From: Hyphochytrium catenoides
Taxonomy: Eukaryota; Protista; Hyphochytriomycota
Direction of reading: 5' to 3'
DNA length: 62,270 nucleotides
Assembly: GCA_900088475.1 (NCBI GenBank)
Contig: FLMG01001718.1
Span: 1 to 62,270 of the forward strand
Shown here: one piece after another, positions 14,001 through 25,769 of the stretch
Position numbering within the stretch: the first letter of the stretch is position 1
Layout: every line of letters starts with the position of its first letter
The notes under the pieces: model-generated
Told to the model about the DNA's origin: nothing
The model's input: the letters and a program-made list of their open reading frames with translations, nothing else
The model's database searches: none
Translations under genes and position numbers: made by a program

Positions 14001-14918
14001 TCCTTCGGTTATCTTCTCAATTCCTATCCCATTGTATCAGTTCTGCCTCTACCATCAAACAGTGCTGGCATCAGAAGAGGACTTTTGCTCTGCATGTCCT
14101 CTGTCTCTCTCTGTAATTTCCTCGACGGATCCCCAACTCCATGATGGGAAAGTTGACATCTGGTTTGCAGGTGGTATCCGTCTTCTGGTCTCCGGCTTTC
14201 GAGGGTACTCTGAAGGTGCCCTCACCAGACGTCCCACGGTATGTTCTTCCTCTCTTCTACGATCTGTGAGCTTATGAGCCATTGACTGTCGTGTTTGTCC
14301 CCAAGGTATTATCGCGCATATCGCGCTCTCTCTAGGGTTATGAATGGAGAGGACGGTGTCTGCCCAGCCTGGGGTGTCACTTTCAGATTGCAAGAGGGAG
14401 ACTGCGTGATATGGAACCAGCGAAGGTAGGCGGCCGTTGTTTAAACTCTGCAGTTTCCGCTTAGTCTCAGCTTCCGTCCTTCTCGTTAGTTTCTCCTTCC
14501 ATAGTCACCTGCTACCTTTACTCTTCTCCCTCTATCGCTGTGCCTCACTTTCTTACATTGTTCCCATCAAACGTGTCTCGACCTCCAACTAAACTTCGGC
14601 CACATTGCAAGCAATCTATTTTTCTTGCCAGTCCTTCTATCAATCGAGACAACGCTTCGAAGTCGTCAACTGTGTCCTCTTACAAGTGTCCTTCCCCCAC
14701 CACCTTGCAATTTCTTACGGTCTACTTGGATATCTCTCTTTGCCAGGATTTTGCACGGCCGTCGGGCCTTCACCTCTGCACTGGGTCACCGTCACCTCCA
14801 AGGCACATACGTCATGATTGACGACTTCCTCTCGCGATACAGAGTGCTTAAGGAGAAGTTTGGCACTGAGGAGGAAAAAAGAGTCGAGTTCAGGGCTTGT
14901 CATGGCTCTTATACATGA
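11042..14918 (+). CDS. Gamma-butyrobetaine dioxygenase / trimethyllysine dioxygenase family Fe(II)-2OG oxygenase (GBBH-like N domain plus TauD), about 12 exons
   Basis: Hand-spliced exons give LTWGDG...LRVECTCDRC, VQWSDGHVSTF (Zn site), INIAYTGEALSLHQDLPYYESPPGLQLLHC (HxD), GGESTFLD, FRLQEGDCVIWNQRRILHGRRAF (distal His/Arg) and RHLQGTY. The start MASTCC... is tentative. Confidence 0.9.
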
Positions 14919-15332
14919 GGGTAGCCTTTAGAGGATACTCAGGCCGAGAGAGAGCTATACAATATTAATGGCCATTTCTCCTCTTCTTTTTCTACCCTGT
15001 CTTGCCGTCAATGTTTGTCCAACACCTTTCTTACCGGGATCTCCCCCGTTATCACGCTTCCCACCCTGCTATAACAGGCGGGCTAAGGCCCGATTCTACT
15101 ATGGCTTGACCTCATCGAGTCAATAGCCCGAAATAGGTTGCCATTCCGTTCACTTAGAAAAATGCCTTGTTAGCAGTGCAGATAGCGACGAGACGTTAAG
15201 CCCGCAAAGTGCCGCGTCTATCTTACAACCAAACTAGACTTATGCCCTCGTATCTCTCTCTGTTTCTCTTCATACGCCCTTTTCAGTAGTCCAAAGTGCA
15301 GACCTCTTCAGCGGGACGATACGGGGACATTC

Positions 15333-18300
15333 TCATGCTTCAGATAGAGATCCATAAGGCGGCCACAGTCCTCCCCAGGCACTCTTTCGAACTGCCTTGT
15401 ACCCTCTCGGCGTGATGGCTTTAGTCTCTCTCTTGGTCAATAGCTTTCGCTGGATCTCCCCATCCTGGGTGCAGAGGTCCAGAAGTACATGCTTCCCAGC
15501 ATGGGTGGGGTTCCTAAAGCAGCCGCGAGAGAAAGAGAAGAAAGAGGAGCATAAGCAGTGATTGAGGGAAAGGAGGTAGCATCCATTTGTCACATTATGG
15601 GGTACTGACGCACTGCTCGGGCCCACTGACCTGACAATGCGCGACCACGTTTGAAAAGGCGCAGAGAAGTCCCCAAAGACCTCTTTTACTTCTGAGCTGA
15701 CCTCGAACTCTTTCGATTCCCCATACACTGATGAGTGATCACTCCCTGATGAGTGATAAGAGCAACGTCAGCTTGCTTAGATGTGCCGGTCAGACAAATC
15801 AGAGTGTGTAAGCAACTTCTCCGCAACCGAAGAACCGAAGAGTGATTCTCCGTGCTCTCAAATAAGTAAGTCATATTTCCCAGCTTGAACGAAACAAAGA
15901 GAGAGATGCAATGACCCCATATGTACCGACAGCACCGTAAAAAAACCGCGTTAACAGAGACCAAACCGCTAAAAGCGCTCACTGCAGGCATTCTATACCA
16001 AGCAGTCAAGGAAGCAGACCCGCGAAACACATAGTGGGCGAAGAGTACCGAGAAGAGCAGCAGAGGACCAACAAGCCGCATAGGGGAAGGTTGGAGGAGT
16101 AGAATGGGCAAAGACGGCAACGCACCAGACTTATAAATGGCAAGGTAGGAGAATTTCTCGTCAAACTCTCCCTGAGGCGTCGGCCCACCGTAGCGTGGCA
16201 CACGCTGAGAAAAGTGGCACCATTGTCCTCTACCCATCGGGCACTAAGAAAGCAGCCAAGACCAAGTGCAAGCGATTAGGTGTGTTAGGGGAGAAGCAGA
16301 ACTATAGAAAGGATAGAAAGAAGCTCGACGCCCACAGTTCAAAGAGCTACAAAGGGCTACGCGAAAACACGGAAAAAGCACGGAAAGGTGGTACGGCACC
16401 AGATCCGAGGGCAGACTTGTGCGTCTAGAGAGGGCCTAAGCCTGTGTATGGAAGATTTGCATCCACGCAAGGAAAGAGGAAGGGTGAAGCGTAGGACCAG
16501 ACTGGTAGACCAAAGGAAAGAGCGACAGAGCCTAAGGTACCTCAAAAGAGTGCGGGCATGGCCCAACAATCTCCATTGGACGAGGATGGACAGGCAAATC
16601 CTCATACAAAAACTCTCCCTCTTCTTCACTCCAGCCATTCAGCAGCAAAAGATGCCGCCGAGCTTCCAGGATTTTCTCGGACCCTAGCGGGCTGCCTCGG
16701 TCAATTAACACGAGGACACCTCCTGGCGCTGTAAGGTGCCATAGATGCTCAACAGCCAGTAGTCTAGCGCGCGAAGTCGGTAGCTCAGAAAGGACGTAGG
16801 AGCAGAGGACTAGGTCGCGTGTTAGACCCAACTCCTGGTCTCTTGTCAACTCAGTGATGGTTCGGCGGGTGCTGAGCCCTGGAAAGTCGTCCAGGAGCAC
16901 GTTGGCAACCTAAGAGCACGTGATGAGCAGGAGTTTGATACAATGAATGCGGAAAATGAGGTCATAAAGCATAGATCCAGCTTATACTCAGGAGACAAAG
17001 AGTACCGAGAAAGTGATGAAAGGAGAGAGGAGGAGGATTAGGGAGGTACAGGAAGACTGCTGCCACGAGAATGCATTCACGGAGCAGGACCAGCACCTAA
17101 AGAGCAAGGAGTAACAAGTACGGTAAGAGAAGGATACGCATACATCGAGCATAGATTGACTGGGCTCCACTATCTGATACTGCTCAACCGTCTCGCCAAA
17201 CACGCTCCTTGCACCCCAAGTCGCACTCCCGCAGCCTGCTCCAAAGTCCAGGAGAGACGATGGCGCAAAAAGAGGAAGGTTCTCCCGAACTTCTCCAAGG
17301 ACTCTCTCGGCAACGTGGTAGGTCAATATCGCTCTATGGCTTAGGTACCCCAGTGTCTCTCTTGGACCATACACTATCGGCTTCACTGAGCTCTTCTTGC
17401 CTTTAGGGTCGACTGGATGAAAAAGTAAGTAATCACTCTCTTTAGCTATAGGATAGTAGGCTAGCGTGACTGGAGCCAAGAGAGTAGCGGAAAGCGCATA
17501 TCAACCCGTAAGGGAGCTAGAGATGCGGACGTATGGAGGAGGCCACGATGGACCGAACGAGGAGACACAGAGAGACAGCACACGCACATCGCATACCTGC
17601 TCCCCTTTCATCCTTCGATATCTGCATCCTTAGTTTTTCAAAGGCCTGAACAAGCTGCTGTCGCGGAAAACTTCCAAGAGCTTTCTATAGATTGATATCG
17701 GAAAGATAGTGATTAGTCGCACAAAGCTAGGCAGCTATTTTTTAACGAAGAGATCGAGAGCGATAAGTACACAGCCATGCCAGTCTATGCCGGGGGCCTG
17801 AGAGTAAAATTGGGGCAAGAGTATAGCTAAGGGCTAGTGCCACAACGGCAACGACGGGGAGGAAGACGCTAGAGGAAAGACACGCTGGTTCGGTAGCGCC
17901 ACTCACCGCATATCGCTCTAACAACTCCTCCGGAGCTTTAGGAATAGCTCTCCATCGCACCTTCGACCGCTCCAAGACTTCAGCAAAGCCTTCCACATCT
18001 TTCATTGCATGCCTCCCACGGCCCTCCTCGCCGTCCTCCCAGTCTTCAACCTGCCAATCGACTCTTTCGAAGTCTGCTCCAGACTCTTCTGTATCTACCT
18101 CCTCAGCTTCTTTCTTCTCAAAAGCTCTCTTTGCTTCTGCCAGGGAAGCATCAAATTGAGCGAGCAGGGACTTTATCTCTTTGACCGTTGCCCTGTCGTT
18201 CTTTGTCCTGGCCTCTTTCATTGCCTGCAGAAGCTGAGCTCGATCTCTTTGTACTGTCTCTTCATCTTCCACTAACTGCTGCAGATATTCGTTCACGTCT

Positions 18301-18650
18301 TGTACCTCGCCTGCATCTTCATCGTCCCCATCTCCTTCGCCTCCTGCAGCTCCAGCCGCAGCGCCTTCACCAGGACTACCGCCGGAGTCCGATTTCTTAG
18401 GCAACGGTCTGGTGGGCCGCCTTACAGACCTCGGAGCTTCTAATTCTTTCCACTCAGTTCTCACTGTTCTTCCGCTATTGATCGAAAGATCTCCTAGATC
18501 TCCTAGCTGCTGATGGAGCTGAAAGAGAAGAATAGCCCGTAAGACCTTTTCACTCTCATCCTGACCTTCTGTTCTAGCCCATGACGAGAAGCAAGGAGCA
18601 ACGGTGGTCCGAGCCAACTGCGACACCAACGGTCTTCGCAATCGAAGCAT
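15333..18650 (-). CDS. RSM22: Mitochondrial small-subunit assembly factor / methyltransferase-like Rsm22 (METTL17), 7 exons
   Basis: An Arg-rich presequence-like start (MLRLRRPLVSQLAR) precedes LLDFGAGCGSATW, LVLCSYVLSEL, PGGVLVLIDRG, GPCPHSFECPM..WCHFSQR, DEKFSY, WSRIVR..HVLLDLCT and RKSAWGGLWP. An alternative upstream ATG lies at 18671. Confidence 0.92.
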
Positions 18651-20016
18651 TTTTCTGCTAAGCAAGTCCATACTCCCGCTGTGCTCGTCTCTTTCCTATT
18701 AAATCCTCAGGGCAGAACTCTGGCCGAGTCGTGGTAGTCAAGACCCCTCCTCGGGCTCTGATGATATAACCTCTTCCCCCTGCGCTCCTAGGTTGAGCTG
18801 CAGCTTCTCGGGTCACTACGGGTCTTTCTCCTTTACAAGGGTCCTTGCTGGGGGCGAGTGTGACGGACTAGGCGCTGTGGAGCTTCCAGAGCTCCCCAGA
18901 GCGTGCTGCCCCAGCGCCGCTGCTGGCCGCGGCGGCAGCTCCTCCCACGGCCATCGCAGTCTCTGTTTTCTCTTCAGCCCTCCCACCATCCACAGTAAGG
19001 ACGGTAACGGCCATGAAATATTCGCGACACTGAACCAAACACGAATGTTTCCTAGATTTAGGAAGGATTTCCCCAATGGAAAGGACGATGAAGACCTTCG
19101 ATGAAAACATGCATTGAATCTTTCGGGTTGATGATTCATGGCATTAAAGGTCTTTTCTTCTTCCCTTGATCTCTTGATGATTTATTATCGTTCCTCCTCC
19201 TCTCCTCTTTATCCCTTGAACATCTCCATCAAAAGTATTATCTACTCCCGCTCATCAGCTCCTCTCCTAGCTGTGTTAGTCAGTCTTAGGTCTGTACGCA
19301 GCCTGTGTGATACCCTACTCGGGGGAGAGAGAAGACAAAGAGAAGAGATCCGTACTTTCTTCCCCACGCAGCACTACAGCTGAGACGAGGAGGATACAGC
19401 TTAGTAGGTAAGAAGTTCTTCTCCTAATGGATAACGATCTCTCCATCAGAGCTCCAGAAAGAACAAGTAGAGAAGACAAGAGGGTTGTTGTTTCTTGCGA
19501 GCTCGAGTAGGCTCAAGGGATCCTTAGACAATAGATAGGAAGGGGGTTGAAGAGCAATTCGCGCTGAGCAACACCACCTACAAGCTACAGCTATGTAGCT
19601 CAATACCCTACATGAAAGATATCTCCCCTATCAAATACGGCTAAGTGTTTGCTAACATGGGGACAATGATTCTCCCAAGGGTCGAGTGTAGTTTACGCGA
19701 GACCGTCAGCAACGGAAGCATGGCATGTCCGTTGGAGCCCTGACCGATAACAGGATAGCCCTCTCAGCACTGAGGTAGCGCGAGAGTCTATGTTGTATGA
19801 AGATCTTTTGATGGGAACGTAGAGCTGGGACTTACAATGTTTCCATTAGCGATCTCTGACATCTGTACCGCAGCCCCAACATCTTTTATACATCTTTTGT
19901 ACATCCTCGTCCTCATCGAAGGTAACATACAGTTGTACTACACTGATAGGCATTCAGTGGTACACGGCTGTGCGGCTAAGTGACCGTTGTCCTAGCTGCA
20001 CGGTATCAAAAGTAAT

Positions 20017-21151
20017 TCAATCAGAGATGTCCATCACCTCGTTGGTATGATAACTCGAAGCCTGATTGAGTGCAGGAAACGAATGTTAGTGGGAGTAAAG
20101 TGGAACTAGATGAGAGACAGAACGTTACCTTCTCGCCTGGGCTTTGTTGTTCAGCCTCACCCATGTCTCCTGGCCCTTCATGGTCCTTTCCTTTGCTAAG
20201 TAAAGCCCTAGGATGTATTCAGGCATCAAGGAGACATTATTAGGTAACAAGGTAGCTAAAAGATTGGGTAAATAGAGACACGATTTTTGACAGATATATA
20301 TGTGATGAGATGCACAGACTTTCTGAGAGTAGTATAGAGTTGGGCACTTTGAAGACAGACAGTATATGAAAGCAATGACAGAGAGACGAAAGAGGTGAAA
20401 CAACTGAGGCAGATCACCTACCTATAGTATGTCTTCCTCAAGATGTCATCAATCTTGCTGTCCACAAGGGAACGGAGGTTGTTTTTGCCCAGGACGAGGT
20501 CTCGCGCAACAATTCTAGCTCTAATCGGAACCACGGAGGCCTCTAATGGTTCAGGTGAAGAAGGAGTTCTGTCATCTTCTTCTTCTGGTTCCTCCATGGA
20601 GGAGTCATCTTCCTCTTCTATATCGGCGTCCTCTCCTCCTTCTGACCTGCGAGAAACGTCACCCTCCTTGTAAGCTCCAGAAGACGCGGGTTGACCGCCT
20701 TGTATGTTCTGTTTTTCTGTTTGAAGAGGGGTTCTGCCCTCATAGACTTCGGGTGCGGTAGGGCTGTCCGTGGTGTTGGGGGCAAAGTGAAACTTCAGCT
20801 GTGGCTCTGTCGTAAGGACAGTTGCGTGTGAGCACACGGTCGGTTGTTGCTGGTGAAGAAAAAAAAAGAAGAAGACAACTCTAATGTGAAACAGGGGTGA
20901 CAAGGAACTAGAACAAGGAGTAGAGGTGAAGAGCATTGTCTGAAAGACCCGGAAGCATAACTCGAAGAGCCTGTACCTGATGTGGGGGAGAGTGAGTTCC
21001 AGATGGGGCCATGAAAAGTGGGATGAGGAGGAGAGTGGATCCTCAGCCTCCATAACTCTTCACTTATGCTCTTCTTGCTCGCCCTTTCGGGCACATCACC
21101 ATCTACATCCAGATGAGTTGGAATGACCAATGAGGCTGTTCTCTTACTCAT
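20017..21151 (-). CDS. Hypothetical acidic, largely disordered protein (4 exons)
   Basis: Exons 21151-20977, 20806-20422, about 20209-20131 and about 20061-20017 join in frame with GT-AG introns: MSKRTAS...SEELWRLRI...LVDSKIDDILRKTYYRALLSK...EVMDISD*. No family recognised. Confidence 0.65.
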
Positions 21152-22002
21152 TTTCTTTAACTATTCTGTTTCGATGACGGGGTTTGTCCCATCTTCCATC
21201 TAATGGAAGGCTCAGATATACTGGTTTCGCTCCAACTTTGAACTTTGGCAAACTACGATTGAATAGATGGATTGCGCGCTCTCTGAGTCACGGAACTGAC
21301 GGCCCATCAGGAGAATGAAAGTTTCTCATATACTTCGGCAACAAAGCTAAACTAAGAATAAGAAATGCCGTCTGTGGACTGAAGGAAAGAGGTAGCGCTG
21401 TTCCAGCCGTCTGCTCTGGCGATGGTAGCTGTGTGATGGCCTACTGTCCCTCGTTGGGACCCCGCGTGTCCTTAGTCTTTGCTGCTTGGCTTCTTATTCG
21501 GGCCTCTAACTTCTTCTCCCCGTGCGTTGGGAACTTGCTCCTCTACTCTTCTTAGCAAGCAAAGCAAAGCAGGGACAGAGGAAGCAAGAACAACGATGAG
21601 GCGCCTGGACTGTGCGGGCTGGTGCGCTATCGAATAATCAGAAAGAAAGATCGAGAACATACTACAAGCACCTTACTATGAATCACCAAACTGATTACCA
21701 AGGCAAATTATTAGAGTGGTTACTGATCTTAGATTAATGACAAACCCTCGAAAGTGATCATGCGAAGCAGGAGGAGTGCAGGAGGTCAAGAAAAAAAGAG
21801 CTTGAGAAAGATATGACTCCCTAGGTCTCCGTTCAGGGTCAATTGCCATAGTTTTACTGTTTGTTTGCTGCCTTGCTGCTCTCTTTCGCTGCTTGTCGGA
21901 CACTCATTCTATCTCATACAGTCGGCCGAGAACAAGCTCTTCCACTGTCTCATCGGGGAAAAGAGCTACTCGGAAGCGAGCTACTATTGTTTGGATGAAG
22001 CT

Positions 22003-24267
22003 ATGGCCTTCGCCAACCTTCACGTACAGCAGGAGCTGATAAACGAATTCGCAGAGGCCCAGAAAGGTGGCTGGAGGTGGGTGCAAGCAAAGATACAGGT
22101 AGGTAACATACCACACCATCGCACTGAGTCAATCCTCATAATCTTGGGTCGCATAGGAAGAGTCAATAGTCTACGTCGGGAAACAGAATCCTCAGGGGAC
22201 GGTTACTGAGGACTTCAATAGCCTTGCCAGTCACGTAAGCGGCTCACCACGAACGATTGTCTGTGCCCTAATTATCAGCCGCTCGACGTGTAGGTGGATG
22301 CTGAAGGGGCTTCATTTTTCTTATTCTGCGAGAATATTATACCGGAAGGATCAAAATGGTTGCTCATTGTATATGTCTCCGAGAGGGCAAAGGTTCGACC
22401 TAGAAGTGGTGCCCCTTCCCATAGGCCTTTTAATACGTTCGAGACAAGGCTAACTCTCCGACTGGCCGGTGCTTCTCCCGAGTGAACTCCATATCCTTTA
22501 TTATCCTTCCTGAAGAACTCACATCCATTCTTAGATCCGGGACAAAATGCTCTACTCGTCGTCCAGAGAAGACTTGAAACGAGCACTTGGCCTTAATCTC
22601 TTTGCCGGAGAGGTTACCTTTAATGATGTGGTGAGTTAGGTGAAGCATGCTGTGGCCCATTATGCACAAATTTGGGCAAAGAGGAAAAGTAAGTTACGGA
22701 GATTAAGAATACTAGGTAGAAAGGTGCTAATCGGGAGGGTCCAGGGTCATAAGGATTGGACAGTTTGGCATGCTGATAAAAGGACTCGTCTACTTTGGGC
22801 TAGGCCGAGCTCAATTATGAGCAATGGAAGGACTCATCAAGACTGTTGGATGCGGCACCTCTTACAGAGAGAGAAGAGCTTTTTCAACGCGCGGTCAGTG
22901 CATTTTACGTGCTGCTTCTGTTCCTTCTCTCCTTTTTGAACTCCTTAAACGGAGTAGCTGCCCTGCTCTGCCCAACCTACAATATTCCACGCACAGGTTT
23001 TGGGTCCTTGAAAGCGCGGTCCGCATGATGAGGCTTGTCTGCAATTAACAACCTGCTCTGGATATACCACTGTCTTCGATTACCATGCCAGCTGCTTTCT
23101 GCTGAAGTAGATGCCTGTTTGCCTGGGGCCTATATAGGTTGTCGCAGAAAATCAAGAGAAAGCTCAACGAAAATCTACTGGCATGGGCATTGTACCTTTT
23201 ACTATTTCACAAGACGTTCTTGCAGCAGCAAAGGAGCTACTGTCTGGAACAGTTAACTGGGTGGATATGGTGACAATTTTATCCACTCCGCAATGTCCAT
23301 TAGATTTGTCTCTAGCACCCTATTCCTCTTCAGATATGGCTCTCTCCTCTCTTCTAACCGTCTCTTTCCATGTCCTTCGCTCTGGCTCTTATTATCTCCG
23401 TCCCTCTTGCCCCCGTTCCGGCGTCATTGCTTATCTGCATGTCTCTCCATCCTTCATGAGGTCTCTAAGTACCTCTTTTTAGCTGCCTTTAGGGCTATGT
23501 TCTATTGCCCTCGCCCTGTTCTACTATGTTACTGACGGTTCCTTCTGGAAGTAGACAGTTGACGGGACTCAAGAGAGAATAGAACTGGGAGAGAAGCGAT
23601 CAATCAACTCCCAAGAACCTCTACGACAGCTTGTCAGCGAGGCAGAGCCACATTTTATCGCTTTGGTTCACCCATCACAACAAGAAGGGAATGGGTCAAC
23701 GCGAGGTAGACGCAAATCATTTGTTACGCAATGCCCTTCATAGCCTCACACTTCATAGCTGGGTGATGGCGGTTATTCTCTCAATATCTCTTTTTCTCCT
23801 CCAAACGCTCCGTCGGCTTTGTGCTGATTCACTAATGAGACTGTATTTTGCCAGCATTCTTTATCTATTCCTGCCCTGAGGCCTCCTCCGTGAAGCAGAA
23901 AATGTTAGCCTCCACTGCCAAGCATTCTCTGCTCAAAGCTTTTGATGACATTGGGATAACCTTTGCTAGAACGGTAGGTACATCATTTCAGTCTTGGAAG
24001 AGCTCCGTTACCTAATGAAATCAAATTCTTTCTGACCGGCATTCTTTGTCATGACCTACTCGTCGTGTTACGTTCACTCTTCTTTGCCTGTAGTTGGAAA
24101 TTCGTACTCCTGAAGAGATCGACGAGGTCCTCGCAACCGAATTATCGACTGCGTCATCTGCTGTTGACGCCATTGCTAGCTCTTCGGCGGCAGAATCGAC
24201 CTTTAGCAAGCCCACAAGACCAGGAAGAGGTCGGCGGACTACCATGAAAAAGTTTGAGGCGCAGTAG
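22003..24267 (+). CDS. TWF1: Twinfilin (two ADF-H domains plus basic tail), 9 exons
   Basis: Spliced product contains WLLIVYVSERAKIRDKMLYSSSREDLKRALG, APLTEREE, FFIYSCPEASSVKQKMLASTAK and the C-terminal FSKPTRPGRG. Confidence 0.93.
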
Positions 24268-24940
24268 GAAGTACACCAGATGCCTTACCAGAAGTTCTGC
24301 CGTCATAAAAGGTCTCAAGTTAAAACAGATAACCGGCATTTTCGCGCTGCTTCGCTGGCCTTGAGCTGCGTCTTGGCTCTCACAACTACGCATCTTCCTC
24401 CTTTGCCGTGAAGCTGAAGGGCCTAGCTTAGCGCGGCAGAGAACGCAAGAGCTCCTATACCTCAATAGGCCTAACGTCTGTTCCACTTCAGCTACTGTTC
24501 CTACTCAAAAGCCTCCAATATCCACTTCAATCCATCTATTTGTTACTCTTCAAGCATCTCTTCCCCGTTCTCAAGTTGTTCTATCGTACAGTAGGATTTG
24601 TGTACAAACTCTGCTGTCGCCTTCTACAGGAAACTAATGCTTCCGGCTAGGCACAGCCTCAAAGCTCTATACCTCTTTAGGCAAGGGATTTATATTAACA
24701 TAGTGCGCCTACTGGGCAGCCGCAACCACCGTGCAGATCGAGACCATGTGCCTCTTGATCATTTCTTCGAACACTCAGTATCTGCGGTCGATCTTGCCCC
24801 GACCAGAGATCAGAGACTATTGAGATTGATGTAAGAGCCACGACCTGTGTGGGTTGATGTTGAGTGGTTAGTGGCAATCGGCAGGTGGATCTTACCGCAA
24901 CCTTTTCTCTGATAACTGTAGAAGCCTGCCCACCCACCTC

Positions 24941-25114
24941 TCCTTCAAGCATGTAAACCGTGGCACACTACAGTTGGGCTCATCCACCCTTCCAGTGATG
25001 CGACACCTACCTAGTTTACCCGTCCTTCAATCATGTAGAGAGTGGCACACTCCAGTTTGGCTCATCCACCCTCCCGGTGATGCAACACCAGATACCCTTT
25101 CGGTGATGCGACAC
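24941..25114. repeat. Degenerate 82-bp-period tandem repeat (2 copies plus a partial third)
   Basis: TCCTTCAA(G/T)CATGTA...GTGGCACACT(A/C)CAGTT(G/T)GGCTCATCCACCCT..GTGATGC(G/A)ACACC occurs at 24941 and 25023, with a partial ACCCTTTCGGTGATGCGACAC at 25094. Confidence 0.85.
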
Positions 25115-25769
25115 AGCACACAGTCTTCGTACATGCCCAACATTGGTGATGTATCACGTCTTTAGTATTGCGAATATAGCTTCCCTATCTCATTGATATT
25201 GGGTAAACAAGCTAGTTCGATTCCTGTCATTGCTGTTGGGAGGATGACAGTACGAAATGACGAAGAAGAAGATCGATCAATATGAGGAAGTGATGAAGAT
25301 CATGAAGAAGCCAAACGCCATCGCAGATCGAGAAGCAGAAGCCTTGGCCTGCAGATAGAGACTGAGACGATGTTACCTCTCGATCCAACATGCTTGCTTC
25401 CTCTTGAGACCCGAGCAGCTCACATCGGTCATGCTGTTATTCCAAGCGTGGCACTAGCTTCAACTCAGGCTATAGTAAGCTGCTGTCGTTAGCTTCGTGG
25501 TCGCCTATGTCCTCTCGCTCAGCCAGCATAGGCCGATACGCCGCTGTTGGTGCTCCTTTACAGCGCTGATCGATGTACGCTCCGTGAGGCTGCTTCGACC
25601 CTGGATGCCAAGGGCATCCCTTAGCAGAACTCAAGAGTATTGGACATGCGATCCGCGTCCTATAAGAAGGGTGGTTAAAGCTGATAAAGATCAGTCTCAC
25701 ATCTCGTCAGTCAGAAGAAGAGCTTGAGCTCTGCAAGCTCTGCTGATATTTGCTGATAGACTATCAAAA

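Noticed and set aside
15075-15245. Possible structured RNA (RNase P/MRP CR-V-like ACCAAACTAGACTTA, small hairpins)
   Set aside because: No matching CR-I/P4 partner strand upstream; the region is convergent 3' UTR sequence.
20859-20867. U9 slippery run that could join overlapping ORFs 20795-21151 and 20418-21053 by a -1 frameshift
   Set aside because: An ordinary GT-AG intron (20807-20976) joins the two frames, and the run lies inside it.
24941-25157. CRISPR-like interpretation of the 82-bp repeat
   Set aside because: Only two degenerate full copies, a long repeat with a short linker, and no cas genes in a eukaryotic context.
25205-25232. tRNA T-loop-like GTTCGATTCC
   Set aside because: No T-stem, acceptor stem or D/anticodon arms can be formed.
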